From Myxococcota bacterium (GTDB lineage Bacteria; Myxococcota_A; UBA9160; UBA4427): DNA of 64,000 nucleotides. The DNA lies in the NCBI GenBank assembly GCA_965250285.1, contig OZ252299.1, forward strand, positions 128,001 through 192,000, given 5' to 3'. Made by a program: the position numbers and the translations under genes. Shown here piece by piece: positions 11,528-23,324 of this stretch. The notes beneath the pieces were generated by a model. That model saw only the letters and a list, made by a program, of their open reading frames with translations, was not told the origin of the DNA and made no database searches. The stretch's first letter is position 1, and each line of letters opens with the position of its first letter.

Positions 11528-12564
11528 TTGTCCCCTTCGTTCTGTGTGATCGATTCGGCCCGGTCTCGGCCGGCCACCGCGAGCCGGTCCTCGATGCCGC
11601 TCACGGCCTCTTCGATCAGGCCATCGGCCTGCTGTCTCAGGCTCGCGGTCACCTGGTCGACGCGGCGCAGGAGCCGATCGCTCTGGTCATCGACGAGGCC
11701 CTGCACCACACCTCCGACGATCGGAATGTCCCCGACCTCGTCGCCGAGCTGGCCCATCGCTCCGGCAACGATCAGGTGGAAGCCCGACGGAACCTCGTCC
11801 GAGGCCTTCAGCGTCTCGAGCGCTGCGATCAGCGCATCGTGGCCTTCGAGCGCCTGGGCCTCCTGCGCGGCGAGCGCGGCGTACATCCGCGCGTAGGCGT
11901 CATCGAGCGAGGTCGGCGAGCAGGTCTGTGCGCCGAGCCGGGCGGCGTCGCTGCGAATCGCACCGAAGCGGGCCTGCGACGCCCGGCGAAACTCGGCGCG
12001 CTCGGCGCCCAGCTTCGCGAGCAGCGCGTCCTGCAGCTCGAACTCGGTCTGCAGGATCTCTTCGCGCTCGGCGAGCAGCAGAATCTCGAGCCGCGCCTGC
12101 TCGCGAATGAGCACCGTGTCGTTCTCGAACCCCGCCAGCCGGTTGCGCACGGCCACCAGCTCGCGGGTCTTCGCTTCGATGGCCGGTTCGACCCGCGCGA
12201 CGACCTTCTCTTCGAACGCGGCCGGCCAGTCGATGGTGAGCGCACGCCAGGCGAGATCTTCGAACTCGAGGTTCACCCGGCGCTCACGCGCGTACGCGAG
12301 GTTGATGATCTGCTGCTCGCGCGCCGCGGCGATCGCTCGGCACTGCTCGACGACGGCCGCATCGAGCGCTTCGTCGCGCGCCTTGTACGCATCGATCAGG
12401 CTCCGCGTCGCCTCGAACGTGCGCGCTCCGTCCTCGCGCTGCCGCTGTGCCAGCTCGATCGATTGATCTCGCAGGGCCTGTTCCGAAGGCGTCTTGGCGC
12501 AGGCCGCGGACAGCGCCAGCGCCGCAAGCAGGGGAACGACGATCGCACGGCCGCGCCCCGTCAT
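11524..12564 (-). CDS. Hypothetical long helical lipoprotein (about 346 aa)
   Basis: Start reassigned to ATG 12564 (ATGA overlap with upstream stop): MTGRGRAIVVPLLAALALSAAC lipobox, then Ala/Glu/Leu/Arg coiled-coil. Confidence 0.75.
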   Translation of the reverse strand: MTGRGRAIVVPLLAALALSAACAKTPSEQALRDQSIELAQRQREDGARTFEATRSLIDAYKARDEALDAAVVEQCRAIAAAREQQIINLAYARERRVNLEFEDLAWRALTIDWPAAFEEKVVARVEPAIEAKTRELVAVRNRLAGFENDTVLIREQARLEILLLAEREEILQTEFELQDALLAKLGAERAEFRRASQARFGAIRSDAARLGAQTCSPTSLDDAYARMYAALAAQEAQALEGHDALIAALETLKASDEVPSGFHLIVAGAMGQLGDEVGDIPIVGGVVQGLVDDQSDRLLRRVDQVTASLRQQADGLIEEAVSGIEDRLAVAGRDRAESITQNEGDN

Positions 12565-13663
12565 CGCTGCTCCCCCGGCTGACCCCGGTCGAGCATGCGC
12601 GCCATCAGCACGTCGTGAGCGACGTCTTTCGCCTTCGTGTTGAGTGCGCGGATCGTCGGCGGGCGGTAGGCCGCCATCAGCTCGGCGATCATCGCCTGGC
12701 GGGTCTCGAGTGCCTTCTGCGGGCCCGCGCCGGCGCCTTCCGAGGCGGCGCCCAGGAACCGCTCGATGATGCGCTCGAAGAGCACGGCCGTGCGGCGCGA
12801 CGCGTAGCCGAAGATGAAGGCGACCAGCGGGAGCGTCCAGACTCGGATCGCGTAGCTTTCGACCTGGAAGAAGCCGTTGATCAGCGCGAGCACGACGACG
12901 GCCGCGAGCACCGGGCCGTAGAAGAGCTTCGTCCACGCCACCCAGCGCTCATCGGGGTTGAAGTCGTTCTTGCGCAGGTGCTCGGCCGAGTTCACGAGCA
13001 GGTTCGTGAGCACACCGAAGAGCGACCAGAAGAGCACTTCGAGAATCGAGAGCGTGGGCGACGTCCAGAAGAAGAGGCTGTTGAGCGGCGGCTCGAGGCG
13101 GTTCAGGCTCTGAGTCTGCTCTTCGATGGCGCGCTGCAGAAAGAGCAGCTGCTCGAAGGCCGTGTCGAAGTCGAGGCCATGGAACAGCGTGCGGAACGAC
13201 TCGGGCGCGTACTGGGCTCGGATCGCGCTGAGCTCGTCGGTTGCGACGGCGAAGTCGCCGATCGCGATGGCGTGCTTGAACGCCGTGGTCCGAGGGCCGC
13301 GCGCGCGTTCGACGAGGCGCTGCGAGAAGCTGCGCAGCGCCACCCGCGTGTCATCGATGGCGAGGCTGCGCTCGCCGACCTCGGCCATGATCGCCCGGGC
13401 GGTGGCGGCGCCGACATACCAATCCATCTCGCCGAAGCCGTGGAACCGGACGTGCCCGAATCGATCGATCTCGGCGAATGCGCTCCACGCGCTCTCGCAT
13501 TCGGCCGCTGCATGCGTGTCGGCCGGGTCGGCCGTGCAGTCGGTCGAGCGGAGCGCGTCGCTCGCGACGACGATGTGGCTGATCGCGTACACGGCGATCG
13601 CCGCGCTCAGGATCTTGAGCAGCGTCTTGACGAAGGCCCGGCCCGTGTGTTGCGCGTCCTGCA
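12561..13663 (-). CDS. Hypothetical membrane protein (N-terminal TM, soluble domain, 3 C-terminal TMs)
   Basis: Hydrophobic segments ILSAAIAVYAISHIVV, LFWSLFGVLTNLLV, LFYGPVLAAVVVLALI, LPLVAFIFGY; likely start ATG 13663 after GGGAGAGAGAG (ORF open to 13760). Confidence 0.7.
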
Positions 13664-14088
13664 TCTCTCTCTCCCGCGCGTGTACGACGAGACCGGTCCA
13701 GGACGGCAGCGCGGGCGCGGACCGGTGCGCGGCGCGCGGGGCGCTTCGCACGTGGCTCAACGGTTCATCCTACCCGGGTGGGATTCCCAAGTGCGGCCGA
13801 ACTCGTCGAGGTGCGCGGCGACCGGCCCAGTCGGCCATCGGGCCAGGTGCGACCGCCCCGGCGGCGGCGTGACCGAGCGGCCGCCTGCGCGGCTGTCTGC
13901 GCAGCCCCGTCGCGAAAAGCGTATCGAAAACGGCTACTTGTCGAGGTTCGAGTGTTTCTGTGCGCGGCTCGCTTGACTCGGCCGGCCCGGTGCCGATCGT
14001 CCCGCGATCCACCGCCGCCTCCAGATCGCTCTCCCCGCCGTGGCTGCAGGGCGGAGGCGTCCATCTCGCACCCCGGCTCGGCCGGTAG

Positions 14089-15249
<1,161 letters not shown>

Positions 15250-15479
15250 CGACCCCGCGACGCCTGCCGCCCGCGCTCGCCTCTGTCGGGAACGCCTGGG
15301 CGAGGGCCTCGCCCGTCCATCGCCTGCGAGACGGCCGCCGTGATCTCGGCCACGCGCCGCGTTCGGCCGTCGCCCGATGCGCCGTCCCGAACCCGATGGA
15401 TTTACGGGACGTCCGATCTGCGTGAACCTAGGGCGCGGAGGCGCGGGCCGGCGTCGCTGCGCGGAGAGGGCGCGGCCCG

Positions 15480-17750
15480 TTGGCGACCGTGAGGGGGGAG
15501 CACGTGCATCGTGGGCTGCTGCGAGAGATGAAACCGGGTGAGCGATCCGTCGGCGCCGGGCGCGTCCGCGGGGTGCTCACTGCGCTGCTGCTCGTCGCCT
15601 TCATCGGTGTCGTCGGCTTCGGCTGCGCGACCGGCGGCGGTTCCCAGCGTCCGGCGACCGCGGCCGAGCAAGCGGCGTACGACGCGGCCGTCGCACAGGT
15701 CCAGAGCGACCCGAAGGCCGCCCGCAGCGCCCTCGAGACGTACCTGAAGACCTACCCCGGTAGTCCGCTCGCCGACGACGCCGCCTGGCAGCTGCACGAG
15801 ATCGCCGAACGCCAGGGCAAGCACGGCGAGGCCAAGCGCTGGCTCGATACGATCCTCGAGGAGTACCCCGCAGAAGACCGAGCGGACGCGGCCCGGCTCA
15901 AGCTCGCGACCGCCGCGCTCGACGCGGGCGAAATCGCCCAGGGACGCAAGCTGGTGCGCCGCGTGCGCGTCGCGCGCCTCGATGATGCCCAGCGCCTCGA
16001 GCTGCTGCGACTTCAGGTCGCGCTCTCGCGCGACCCCGTCGAGCGACTCGCGCACCTCGGACGCCTGCGCACCGAGCTCGAGCGCCATGCCGGCCCGGTG
16101 GGCGAGGGCGAGTCGACCGCTGCGCGCGGGGACGTCGAGCGCGAGATCAAGCGCGTCGACGCCGAGATCGCGCTGATCCTCGACGGCATGTCGCCCGATC
16201 AACTCGAGCGCGCGGCGGGTGGCATCAAGAAGGCCGTGCCCGCGGCGGCGATCCGCCTCGAGTTGGCCGAGCGCGCGCTCGACGCGGGCGACCTCGACAA
16301 GGCGAAGCGCGAGCTCGCCGATGCCGACCGACAGCAGCTTCGACCGAGCGACGAGGCGCAGCTCGAGCAGCTGCGTCAGATGTATCAGCTCGGCGGCGAG
16401 CTGGCGGCGGCGGGCGGCGCCCTGCCGACCTTCGCCGAGGTGGCGGCGCGGCCGGCGCCCGATGCGGCCGGCGCCGAAGGGTCGATCGGCGTCGTCCTGC
16501 CGCTCAGCGGTCGACTCGGTGCGTATGGACGCGCCGCGCTGCAGGGCATCCTGGTCGCGGCCGAGTTCTTCGAGGCCGAGCCGGTCCAGACGGCCGACGG
16601 GATCTCGATCGATTCGCTGCCCAGCGTGTCGGCCGGGCCGGGCGGCGCACCACTGCCCGATGACACGACTTCGAAGCTGGCGCGCGGCGTGCGCATTGTC
16701 GTCCGAGACTCGGGGGGAGACCCTGCTCGCGCCGCGGCCGCCGTGCGCAGCCTGGCGCGCGACGACGACGTGCGAGCGATCATCGGTCCGATCTTCTCGG
16801 GCGAGAGCGAGGCCGCGACGCGCGCCGCCGACGCGGCGGGCGTTCCGATCCTCACGCTCTCGAACCGCGAGGAGATCGCCGCCGAGAGCCCCTGGGCGTT
16901 CCGCCTGCGGACGACGGCCCATGACGAGGTGTCCTTCCTCGTCGACTACGCGTGGAACGAGCTCGGAGCACGACGCTTCGCCGTGCTCTACCCGAAGAGC
17001 CGCTACGGCCGAGGCATGCGCGAGGAGTTCTGGAACGACGTGCTCGCCCGCGGCGGCACGATGACGGCGGTCTCGAGCTACGACCCACGCGCCACCGATT
17101 TCGCGACCGAGATTCGACGCATGGTCGGCTGGGAGCTCATCACCCAGAACGAGCGCCAGATGCTGGCCGAACGCGAGCGGATCATGCGCAAGGCGCGCCG
17201 GATGGATCCCGAAGAGGCGGCGCTGCTCCGGGAGGACATCTACCGCTTGATCGGCCCCGAGGCCGAGGTGTTGCCGCCCGTCGTCGACTTCGACGTGCTG
17301 TTCATCCCCGATTCGCACAAGCGCATCGAGATGATCGCGCCGCAGCTCGCGTATCACGAGGTGAAGGGCGCACGACTGCTCGGCTCGAGCGACTGGAACG
17401 ACCCCGAGCTGCTTCGCATCGGGCGCCAACACGTCTCGGGGGCCGTGATCTCGACGCCCTTCTTCGCATCGAGCGACTACCCCTTCGTCACCGAGTTCGT
17501 CGGCGAATGGGAGACGCGCTTCGGCGAATCCCCGAACGTCTTCGGCGCACTCGGCTACGACGCGGCCAACCTCGTGATGCTGCAGCTCGCCGGCAGCTCC
17601 GGCGATCGAGGGGACGTGCGCGAAGGGCTGCTCAGGGTGAGGGGATATCCCGGTGTGTCCGGAGTCACCACGATGCAACCCGACGGCAATGCACGCCGAC
17701 GTCCGTACCTGTTGGGTGTGAAGAGAGGCGAGTTCGTCGGGCTCGACTGA
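15480..17750 (+). CDS. LpoA/LppC-like lipoprotein (TPR plus periplasmic-binding-protein fold), putative PBP activator; start uncertain (ATG 15528 plausible)
   Basis: Lipobox GFGC, TPR-like YPGSPLADDA, IGVVLPLSG, AIIGPIFS, ALGYDAA, GVSG. Confidence 0.75.
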   Translation: MATVRGEHVHRGLLREMKPGERSVGAGRVRGVLTALLLVAFIGVVGFGCATGGGSQRPATAAEQAAYDAAVAQVQSDPKAARSALETYLKTYPGSPLADDAAWQLHEIAERQGKHGEAKRWLDTILEEYPAEDRADAARLKLATAALDAGEIAQGRKLVRRVRVARLDDAQRLELLRLQVALSRDPVERLAHLGRLRTELERHAGPVGEGESTAARGDVEREIKRVDAEIALILDGMSPDQLERAAGGIKKAVPAAAIRLELAERALDAGDLDKAKRELADADRQQLRPSDEAQLEQLRQMYQLGGELAAAGGALPTFAEVAARPAPDAAGAEGSIGVVLPLSGRLGAYGRAALQGILVAAEFFEAEPVQTADGISIDSLPSVSAGPGGAPLPDDTTSKLARGVRIVVRDSGGDPARAAAAVRSLARDDDVRAIIGPIFSGESEAATRAADAAGVPILTLSNREEIAAESPWAFRLRTTAHDEVSFLVDYAWNELGARRFAVLYPKSRYGRGMREEFWNDVLARGGTMTAVSSYDPRATDFATEIRRMVGWELITQNERQMLAERERIMRKARRMDPEEAALLREDIYRLIGPEAEVLPPVVDFDVLFIPDSHKRIEMIAPQLAYHEVKGARLLGSSDWNDPELLRIGRQHVSGAVISTPFFASSDYPFVTEFVGEWETRFGESPNVFGALGYDAANLVMLQLAGSSGDRGDVREGLLRVRGYPGVSGVTTMQPDGNARRRPYLLGVKRGEFVGLD

Positions 17751-17798
17751 CGACGCGTCCCCGCCATTCGAGCATCGACGCGCATCGACGCGTCGATC

Positions 17799-20369
17799 AT
17801 GCGCAGCCTTTCCCTCCCGGTTTCGAGGGAAAGACCCGAAGCGAAGCGGAACCTTCTCATCGACAACAGGCATCTCGTTCCCGGTTCTGGGAATCGACAT
17901 GCTTTCACTCGGGGCCGTCTCAAGTCGTCGATGGGCGTCGTCGAAACGCCCACCATGAGCCACGTACCCCCCTGTCGTGAGATGCCGCTCGAGCTGCCCG
18001 TGCTCCCCATGCGCGAGTTCGTGCTCTTCCCCTACATGGTCCTGCCGCTGTTCGTCGCGCGGGATCGCTCGGTCACCGCCATCGAGGATGCCCTCGCTGG
18101 TGATCGGCTGATCCTGCTCGTGACGCAGCGAGACCCGGGCCTCGAAGATCCGACGCCCGATCAGCTGTACGGCATCGGCACGGTCGCGATGGTGATGCGA
18201 TCGATGCGCCTCGCCGACGGCCGACTCAAGGTGCTCGTGCAGGGCCTGTCGCGCGCGCGCATCGACAGCGTGATCGAGGACGACGCCAGCACTTGGGTGC
18301 GGGTCGATCATCTCGAGACCGAAGAGCTCGATACGTGGAGCGTCGAGAGCGAAGCGCTGACCCGCACCGTGCGCTCGCGGGTCGAAGAGCTGCTGCCGCT
18401 CAAGAATCTGCCGCCCGAGGTGCTGTCGATCATCTCGAGCGCCGAGAAGCCTGGCCGCCTCGCCGATCTCGTCGCCTCGAATCTGCGTCTGCGCCTCGAA
18501 GAGGCCCAGGAGATTCTCGAGCTCTCCGATCCGATCGCCAAGCTCCGAAAGGTCGACGCCGTACTGCGGCGCGAGCTCGACGTGTCGAGCATGCAGGCCG
18601 AGATCCAGACCCAGGCGCGCGAGGAGCTGACCCGCGGCCAACGCGAGGTCTTTCTGCGCGAGCAGCTGCGCGCGATCCAGAGCGAGCTCGGCGAGATCGA
18701 CCCGCGCGGCGAAGAGGTCGACGAGTACCGCTACCGCATCGAAGAAGCCGACCTGCCGGGCGAGGCCTACGAAGAGGCCGTCAAGCAGCTGCGCCGACTC
18801 GAGCGGATGCATCCCGACGGTCCCGAGGCCCAGGTCGTGCGCAACTACCTCGACTGGGTGTGCGATCTGCCCTGGGATCGCTGCTCGCCCGACCGACTCG
18901 ACCTCGAGCACGCCCGTGAGATCCTCGACGCCGATCACGCCCACCTCGACGGTGTGAAGGAGCGCATGCTCGAGTTTCTCGGTGTGCGCAAGCTCCGCGA
19001 AGACAGCCGGGGGCCGATTCTCTGCCTCGCCGGTCCGCCGGGCGTCGGCAAGACGAGCCTCGGTCGTTCGATCGCCCGCGCCATGGGCCGCGAGTTCGTG
19101 CGCGTTTCGCTCGGTGGCGTGCGGGACGAGGCCGAGATTCGTGGCCATCGACGCACCTACGTCGGTGCTCTGCCCGGCCGCATCATCCAGGCGATGAAGC
19201 AGGCGGGGACGACGAACCCCGTGATCATGCTCGACGAGATCGACAAGCTCGGCGCAGACTTCCGCGGCGACCCGGCGGCGGCGCTCCTCGAGGTGCTCGA
19301 CCCCGAGCAGAACTCGAAGTTCAGCGATCACTTCATGAACCTGCCCTTCGACCTCTCGAAGGTGCTGTTCATCGCGACGGCCAACATGCTCGAGCCGATC
19401 CCCGGTCCCCTGCGCGATCGCATGGAGGTGATTCGACTGGCGGGCTACACGCCCGAGGAAAAGGTCGAGATCGCCGGACGCTTTCTGATCCCTCGGCAGA
19501 TCACCGAGCACGGGCTCGTGCCGACGCAGCTCGAATGGTCGAAGAACGCGATCGATCTGCTGACCGCGAAGTACACCCACGAGGCCGGCGTGCGAAACCT
19601 CGAGCGCCAGGTCGCGACGGTCTGCCGCAAGGTCGCCCGCAAGGCGGCCGAGGGGGACGACGCTCCGGTTCGCATCACGCAGCGCACCTTGCCCCGATAT
19701 CTGGGGCCGGCCCCCTTCGAAGACGAGCACGACGATCGCGAGCCCGAGATCGGGGTCGTGCAGGGACTCGCGTGGACCGAGGCCGGCGGCGACGTCCTCA
19801 CCCTCGAAGCCAATCTCGCTTCGGGCAAGGGGCTCACGCTGACGGGTCAGCTCGGGGACGTGATGAAGGAATCGGGTCAGACCGCTCACAGCTTCGTGCG
19901 CTCGCTGCTCCGCGAGGTCGATGCCGACGACTCGGTGCTGAGCCGCAACGAGACCCACGTACACGTGCCGGCCGGCGCCACGCCCAAGGACGGTCCCTCG
20001 GCCGGCGTCTCGATCGCCACGGCGATCGTGTCGGTGGCGACCGGCAGCGCGGTACGCCGCGACGTCGCGATGACGGGCGAGATCACGCTGCGAGGCCGCG
20101 TCCTCGCCGTGGGCGGTGTGCGCGAGAAGGCTCTGGCCGCGCTTCGTTCGGGCATTCGCACGATCATCCTGCCCCGGTCGTCGATGAAGGATGTCGAGGA
20201 GATCCCGAAGGATCTGCGCCGCAAGCTCGAGTTCATCCCGGTCGTGCACATGCGCGAGGTGCTCGAACACGCGCTCGTCGATCCGCTGCGCTGGCGGACC
20301 CACCCCGTGCGTTTGCCCCAGGGCGCGCAGTACGTGGCTGGCGCCGCGTCCGTCCGGGAACACGACTGA
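17799..20369 (+). CDS. lon: ATP-dependent Lon protease; true start probably between 17931 and 17982
   Basis: LON_N domain LPVLPMR; GPPGVGKT; RRTYVGALPG; PKDGPSAG catalytic Ser; GGVREK. Confidence 0.97.
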   Translation: MRSLSLPVSRERPEAKRNLLIDNRHLVPGSGNRHAFTRGRLKSSMGVVETPTMSHVPPCREMPLELPVLPMREFVLFPYMVLPLFVARDRSVTAIEDALAGDRLILLVTQRDPGLEDPTPDQLYGIGTVAMVMRSMRLADGRLKVLVQGLSRARIDSVIEDDASTWVRVDHLETEELDTWSVESEALTRTVRSRVEELLPLKNLPPEVLSIISSAEKPGRLADLVASNLRLRLEEAQEILELSDPIAKLRKVDAVLRRELDVSSMQAEIQTQAREELTRGQREVFLREQLRAIQSELGEIDPRGEEVDEYRYRIEEADLPGEAYEEAVKQLRRLERMHPDGPEAQVVRNYLDWVCDLPWDRCSPDRLDLEHAREILDADHAHLDGVKERMLEFLGVRKLREDSRGPILCLAGPPGVGKTSLGRSIARAMGREFVRVSLGGVRDEAEIRGHRRTYVGALPGRIIQAMKQAGTTNPVIMLDEIDKLGADFRGDPAAALLEVLDPEQNSKFSDHFMNLPFDLSKVLFIATANMLEPIPGPLRDRMEVIRLAGYTPEEKVEIAGRFLIPRQITEHGLVPTQLEWSKNAIDLLTAKYTHEAGVRNLERQVATVCRKVARKAAEGDDAPVRITQRTLPRYLGPAPFEDEHDDREPEIGVVQGLAWTEAGGDVLTLEANLASGKGLTLTGQLGDVMKESGQTAHSFVRSLLREVDADDSVLSRNETHVHVPAGATPKDGPSAGVSIATAIVSVATGSAVRRDVAMTGEITLRGRVLAVGGVREKALAALRSGIRTIILPRSSMKDVEEIPKDLRRKLEFIPVVHMREVLEHALVDPLRWRTHPVRLPQGAQYVAGAASVREHD
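17808..17833. terminator. Perfect 9-bp hairpin between the LpoA-like gene and lon
   Basis: CTTTCCCTC-N8-GAGGGAAAG. Confidence 0.4.
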
Positions 20370-20445
20370 TCCAGCCGCCGCCCTTGATCTGAAGATGCAC
20401 ATGCGAGCGACGGGGTGCGTCGGGCCGACGTATCATCCGTCTCCG

Positions 20446-21417
20446 ATGACCCGCCGCACTCCGCAGCGCACCCTCGAAGACCTCGGCGAGTTCGGTCTGA
20501 TCGATCGCATCGAGCGCCGCGCCCGCCGGCTCACCGGGCGTCGCGTGCGCCTCGGGATCGGCGACGACGCGGCGCTGCTGCGACCCGCGCCCGGCTTCGA
20601 ACTCACGGTCACGGCCGACACCGCCGTCGAGGGCGTGCACTTTCGGTTCGAGACCGCATCGGCCCGATCCATCGGTCGACGCGCGTTGGTGGCCAACCTC
20701 TCGGACCTCGCCGCCATGGGCGCGCGTCCGATCGGCTTCACGTGTGCGCTGCAGGCGCCTGCGTCGCTCCCGCTCGCGCGGGTCGACGCGCTCATCGACG
20801 GGCTGCTCAGCGAAGCCGAGATGCACGGCGCACCGCTCGTCGGGGGCAACGTGACGCGGGCGCGCGAGACGTCGCTCGCGATCACCGCGATCGGCGAGGT
20901 CGAGCAGGGCCGCGCCCTTCTGCGATCGGGCCTGCGCGCCGGCGATCGGCTCTACGTGACCGGGCGACTCGGCGCCGCCGCGCTCGCAGTCGCCCGAGCC
21001 GAGGCCCGAGGCGGTCGCATCCGGCACCTCGCCCGGCCCCGTCTCGAAGCGGGGCGGTCGCTGCTGCGATGGGGGCGCTGCTCGGCGTGCATCGACGTGT
21101 CCGACGGGCTCGCGGCCGACCTCGGCCACATGCTCGAGGCCAGCGGGGTCGGCGCCGACGTCGATGCGGCGCGGGTGCCCCGCGCTCGGGGCCTCGGGGC
21201 CGGCGCTCGGTCGCTGGGCCTCGACCCAGAGGCCCTCGCCTTCGCGGGGGGAGAAGACTACGAGCTCGTCTTCGGCCTGCGCCCCGGCCGCGGTCCGTGG
21301 CCCTCGGCGGCGGCGCTCGCACGTCGGCTGGGTACAGCCGCAGCAGAATTCGGCGTCGTCACTTCACGCCGCGGCCTGCGTGGTCTGCCCGATCTCGGCG
21401 GGCACACGCACTTCTGA
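20446..21417 (+). CDS. thiL: Thiamine-monophosphate kinase
   Basis: GEFGLI, GIGDDAA, EGVHF, NLSDLAAMGA, DVSDGL, GGEDYEL. Confidence 0.95.
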   Translation: MTRRTPQRTLEDLGEFGLIDRIERRARRLTGRRVRLGIGDDAALLRPAPGFELTVTADTAVEGVHFRFETASARSIGRRALVANLSDLAAMGARPIGFTCALQAPASLPLARVDALIDGLLSEAEMHGAPLVGGNVTRARETSLAITAIGEVEQGRALLRSGLRAGDRLYVTGRLGAAALAVARAEARGGRIRHLARPRLEAGRSLLRWGRCSACIDVSDGLAADLGHMLEASGVGADVDAARVPRARGLGAGARSLGLDPEALAFAGGEDYELVFGLRPGRGPWPSAAALARRLGTAAAEFGVVTSRRGLRGLPDLGGHTHF

Positions 21418-21467
21418 ACCGGGCCCGTCTCGGCGCGATTTCGTCGCGAATCTCCATTCCTACGCAA

Positions 21468-21494
21468 TCAAGATGCGTTTCGTCCGGCCGATAC
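21468..21494 (+). promoter_or_regulatory. Putative sigma28 (FliA)-type promoter of the chemosensory operon
   Basis: TCAAG-N14-GCCGATAC versus consensus TAAA-N15-GCCGATAA. Confidence 0.55.
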
Positions 21495-21501
21495 GATCGG
21501 A

Positions 21502-22806
21502 GTGCGCATCACGTTGACGACCAAATTCGTGGTGGGGTCGCTCGTGGTCGCGGGGGGCACCCTCGCGTTCCCAGAGCTGATCCGGTGGTTCGGACTCGCG
21601 TTCGACGCCTGGGGCACGTTCGCCGTCGCGCTCGGCGTGGGCGGTGGGATCGGCTTCTTTCTGTCGCAGATGCTTGGCTCGAAGTTCCAGGCCCTGCGCG
21701 ACCTGACCGACCAGGTGCGCAACGGCGACTTCTCGGCCTCCCAGGCCGAGGTGCCGCTCTCGCGCTTTGCCGACGAGACCGATGACCTCGCCCGCAGTCT
21801 GGGCGGGATGATCGGCCAGCTCCGTGACCTGGTCGAGAACGTGCAGGCGACCGCCGGTTCGGTGACGAGCTCGGCTCAAGGCCTCAATGCCTCGATCGAA
21901 GAGGTGCGCACGAGCGGCCAGGGCATCACCGATGCCATGGGGACCGTTGCTTCGAGCGTCGACAAGCAGCAGGGCATGATCGACGAAGCGGCGAATCAGA
22001 TGCAGGACATCAGCTCGGCCATCGACCAGAACGCAGAGCGCGCTCGCGAGGCATTCGGCTTCGCGGCCGAGGCGAACCAGAAGGCGGGCACCGGCGTCGA
22101 GGTCGCCCAGCTCGCCATCGAGAAGATGCGCAGCGTGTTCGAGCGTGTCGAGCTGACGGGCAACAAGGTCTTCCAGCTCGAAGCGAAGACCCGGCACGTT
22201 CACCAGATCACCGAGATGATCACGAGCGTCGCCCACCGCACGAACCTGCTCTCGCTGAATGCCTCGATCGAGGCGGCGCGCGCGGGCGAGGCGGGGCGCG
22301 GCTTCTCGGTCGTCGCCGACGAGATTCGCAAGCTCTCCGAGAGTGCGGGGCGGAGCGCCGAAGAGATCACGGCGCTCGTCAACGAGATCCAGGCCGATAC
22401 CGACGAGGTCGCCGACGAGATGCGTCAGTCGCGCATGGTGATCGGCGAGGGCCGTGAGGATGTCAACACGATCGCCTCGTCGCTCGAGCAGATCTCGATG
22501 GCCGTCGGCGAGGCCGCGGCGCGATCCGAAGAGATCTTCCACGGCGCCGACTCGCAGAGTCTCAACGCCGACCGCATGGCCGACAACCTCACCGAGATCG
22601 CGAACGTCTCGCGCGGCAACAGCGAAGGTCTCGAGACCGCGTCGCATACCGCGAGCGATCAGCTCTCGAGCATGGCGACGGTCGTCGAGCAGTCGCGCGC
22701 GCTCACGGTGCTCGCCGAAGAGCTGCAGACGACGCTCGAGCGCTTCCGCACGGCCCGCAACGCCGCCGACGCGATCCGCGACGAGTCGGGGGAGGGCGGG
22801 GCATGA
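21502..22806 (+). CDS. Methyl-accepting chemotaxis protein, DifA-like (2 TMs, almost no periplasmic domain, HAMP)
   Basis: [34 protein letters not shown] signalling tip; two closely spaced N-terminal TMs. Confidence 0.92.
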   Translation: MRITLTTKFVVGSLVVAGGTLAFPELIRWFGLAFDAWGTFAVALGVGGGIGFFLSQMLGSKFQALRDLTDQVRNGDFSASQAEVPLSRFADETDDLARSLGGMIGQLRDLVENVQATAGSVTSSAQGLNASIEEVRTSGQGITDAMGTVASSVDKQQGMIDEAANQMQDISSAIDQNAERAREAFGFAAEANQKAGTGVEVAQLAIEKMRSVFERVELTGNKVFQLEAKTRHVHQITEMITSVAHRTNLLSLNASIEAARAGEAGRGFSVVADEIRKLSESAGRSAEEITALVNEIQADTDEVADEMRQSRMVIGEGREDVNTIASSLEQISMAVGEAAARSEEIFHGADSQSLNADRMADNLTEIANVSRGNSEGLETASHTASDQLSSMATVVEQSRALTVLAEELQTTLERFRTARNAADAIRDESGEGGA

Positions 22807-23294
22807 GCGAGCAGGCTTCGGCCGCACACAGCGACGAGCGCCTGCTCACCTTCGAGGTGGGTGCGACCATGTACGCCCTGCCCATCGAGGCGGTGCACGA
22901 GGTCGCCGAGGCGCAGCAGGTCAGCTGCGTGCCGGGTCTGCCTACGGCTCAGGCCGGCGTGATGAACTGGAGCGGCGAGGCGTTGCCCATCGTCGCGAAC
23001 CATCTGCTGTTGGCGATCGCCGAGCAAGCCGACGCCGCCGCCGAACAGCCGGAGAGCATCGTCGACGAGCACGTGCTCGTCGTCGCCGAGCGCGCCGACG
23101 CGCCGGCGCGCCTCGGCCTGCCGGTGGACAAGGTGGTGGGCCTGGTCGACGGGGGACGACGCGTCGCCCGGGGCCAGAGACTCGTTCAGGAAAGACGGCC
23201 CATCGAGGGACGGGTCGTTCACGTTCTGGATCCGCGCGAGCTCGTCGCGCGCGCGGGCCGGATCGTGGCCAAGGTGGAGGGCCTCGCCGCATAG
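22803..23294 (+). CDS. cheW: CheW-like coupling protein (DifC-like)
   Basis: [38 protein letters not shown]. Confidence 0.85.
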   Translation: MSEQASAAHSDERLLTFEVGATMYALPIEAVHEVAEAQQVSCVPGLPTAQAGVMNWSGEALPIVANHLLLAIAEQADAAAEQPESIVDEHVLVVAERADAPARLGLPVDKVVGLVDGGRRVARGQRLVQERRPIEGRVVHVLDPRELVARAGRIVAKVEGLAA

Positions 23295-23324
23295 GGGCGG
23301 GGCCTCGAATGGGAGACCGGAAAG

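Noticed and set aside
10354..13663. Prophage remnant as explanation for the M15 peptidase operon
   Set aside because: No integrase, structural or replication phage genes in the window, and composition matches the host
15402..20402. 1666-aa minus-strand ORF
   Set aside because: Antisense shadow of lon and the LpoA-like gene; high-GC codon bias removes stops on the opposite strand; no recognisable motifs
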